Source: Lama glama (Eukaryota). From it: a stretch of DNA of 64,000 bases. The notes beneath the pieces were generated by a model. It saw nothing but the letters and a program-made list of their open reading frames with translations, was not told where the DNA came from and searched no databases. This document shows positions 63,221-64,000 of the stretch, in pieces (the stretch's first letter is position 1; each line of letters starts with the position of its first letter). The stretch spans positions 90,150,001 through 90,214,000 of the forward strand of contig CM052816.1 in assembly GCA_028534125.1 (NCBI GenBank), written 5' to 3'. The position numbers and the translations under genes were made by a program.

Positions 63221-64000
63221 GCTTAAAGCACTGAGAAGCCTCACAGTTTAAAAAAAAATCAAGTCTTTGTTTAACCTAACATTTTCCAAATTTACAAATA
63301 ACAATGCCCCCCCACCTTCTCATCTAATAACAGCTGTAGAATATATAGATTAATCTGATCCCTGGACATTTTGGAAAGTCATTTAATATAATCTGTCAAA
63401 ATATGTTTCTCCAGAAGAGAATAATTTCAATCCCTTGACTCTAAACAGTTCCAGAGGATTTGTATATATTTCTCCTCTAAATACCATGTTTCAGAAGTAT
63501 GTTGTTATCAGAAGAAAAAAATCCTATTTATATCTTCTAATCTATATTTGGCATTCAAGCATCCACACTATCTAGACAGCAGCATATGCAAACTTGATTG
63601 AATCCCACATATTTTTTCTCTTTCCTTTTATAAACCAAATGTCACATAGTTGAATTATGAGTGTTTACTAATGCAGCCTGCATCTTCAGAAATATATATT
63701 TTCTTATCTAAGAAGAAAAAAATCTAGTCCTTAGTTAATCCTAGAATAGCTCCTAAAAAGTTAACTTATAACATATAAAAGTTATTTTTCATTGCCACAA
63801 AACTTATACATGCAAATTCTTGGCAATAGTAGAATTAGAGATTTCTTTAAGCTACAGAAAGCATGTAGATGAGGATACTTTATCTGTTCGAATATATACG
63901 AATTTACCTTATTTTGCTTAACATACTTACATAGCATAAATATTATGTCTCAGAAATCTTGAAGAAGGAAGAAAGTAACTTTGTAGCTGTCTAGGCTGAA

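Noticed and set aside
1..64000. CRISPR arrays, operons, rRNA or other prokaryote-type systems
   Set aside because: The sequence is mammalian and repeat-rich; no regularly spaced repeats, rRNA or dense coding blocks are present.

Overview
AT-rich, CpG-poor mammalian non-coding DNA (intergenic or deep intronic), most probably from a camelid. It carries a tRNA-Ala-derived vic-1-type SINE and artiodactyl-type L1 3' ends, and I see no Bov-tA/Bov-A2/BovB, PRE-1 or Alu. I find no host protein-coding exon. Every ORF with recognisable protein similarity comes from a retroelement (L1 ORF2, ERVL pol), and the rest look like chance or low-complexity ORFs. A large part of the window is interspersed repeat: L1, L2, MIR, MaLR/ERVL/ERV1 LTRs and hAT/mariner MITEs, with several nested insertions whose target-site duplications (TSDs) can still be read. 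The most notable items are: (1) a 1,280-bp TSD-bounded composite MER41-like LTR containing an env TM remnant, a PPT, an inner LTR and two near-GAS motifs; (2) a 50-bp CpG-retaining CRE/HRE/ARE motif cluster at 23.04 kb; (3) a ~650-bp unexplained insert splitting an old L1; (4) a twin-primed inverted L1; (5) a candidate developmental enhancer at 17.5-17.9 kb; (6) three clustered perfect inverted repeats at 61.8-62.0 kb. Repeat subfamily names come from recalled consensus sequences, not from a database search, and the boundaries of old repeats are approximate. I cannot support a claim of a new gene system here.
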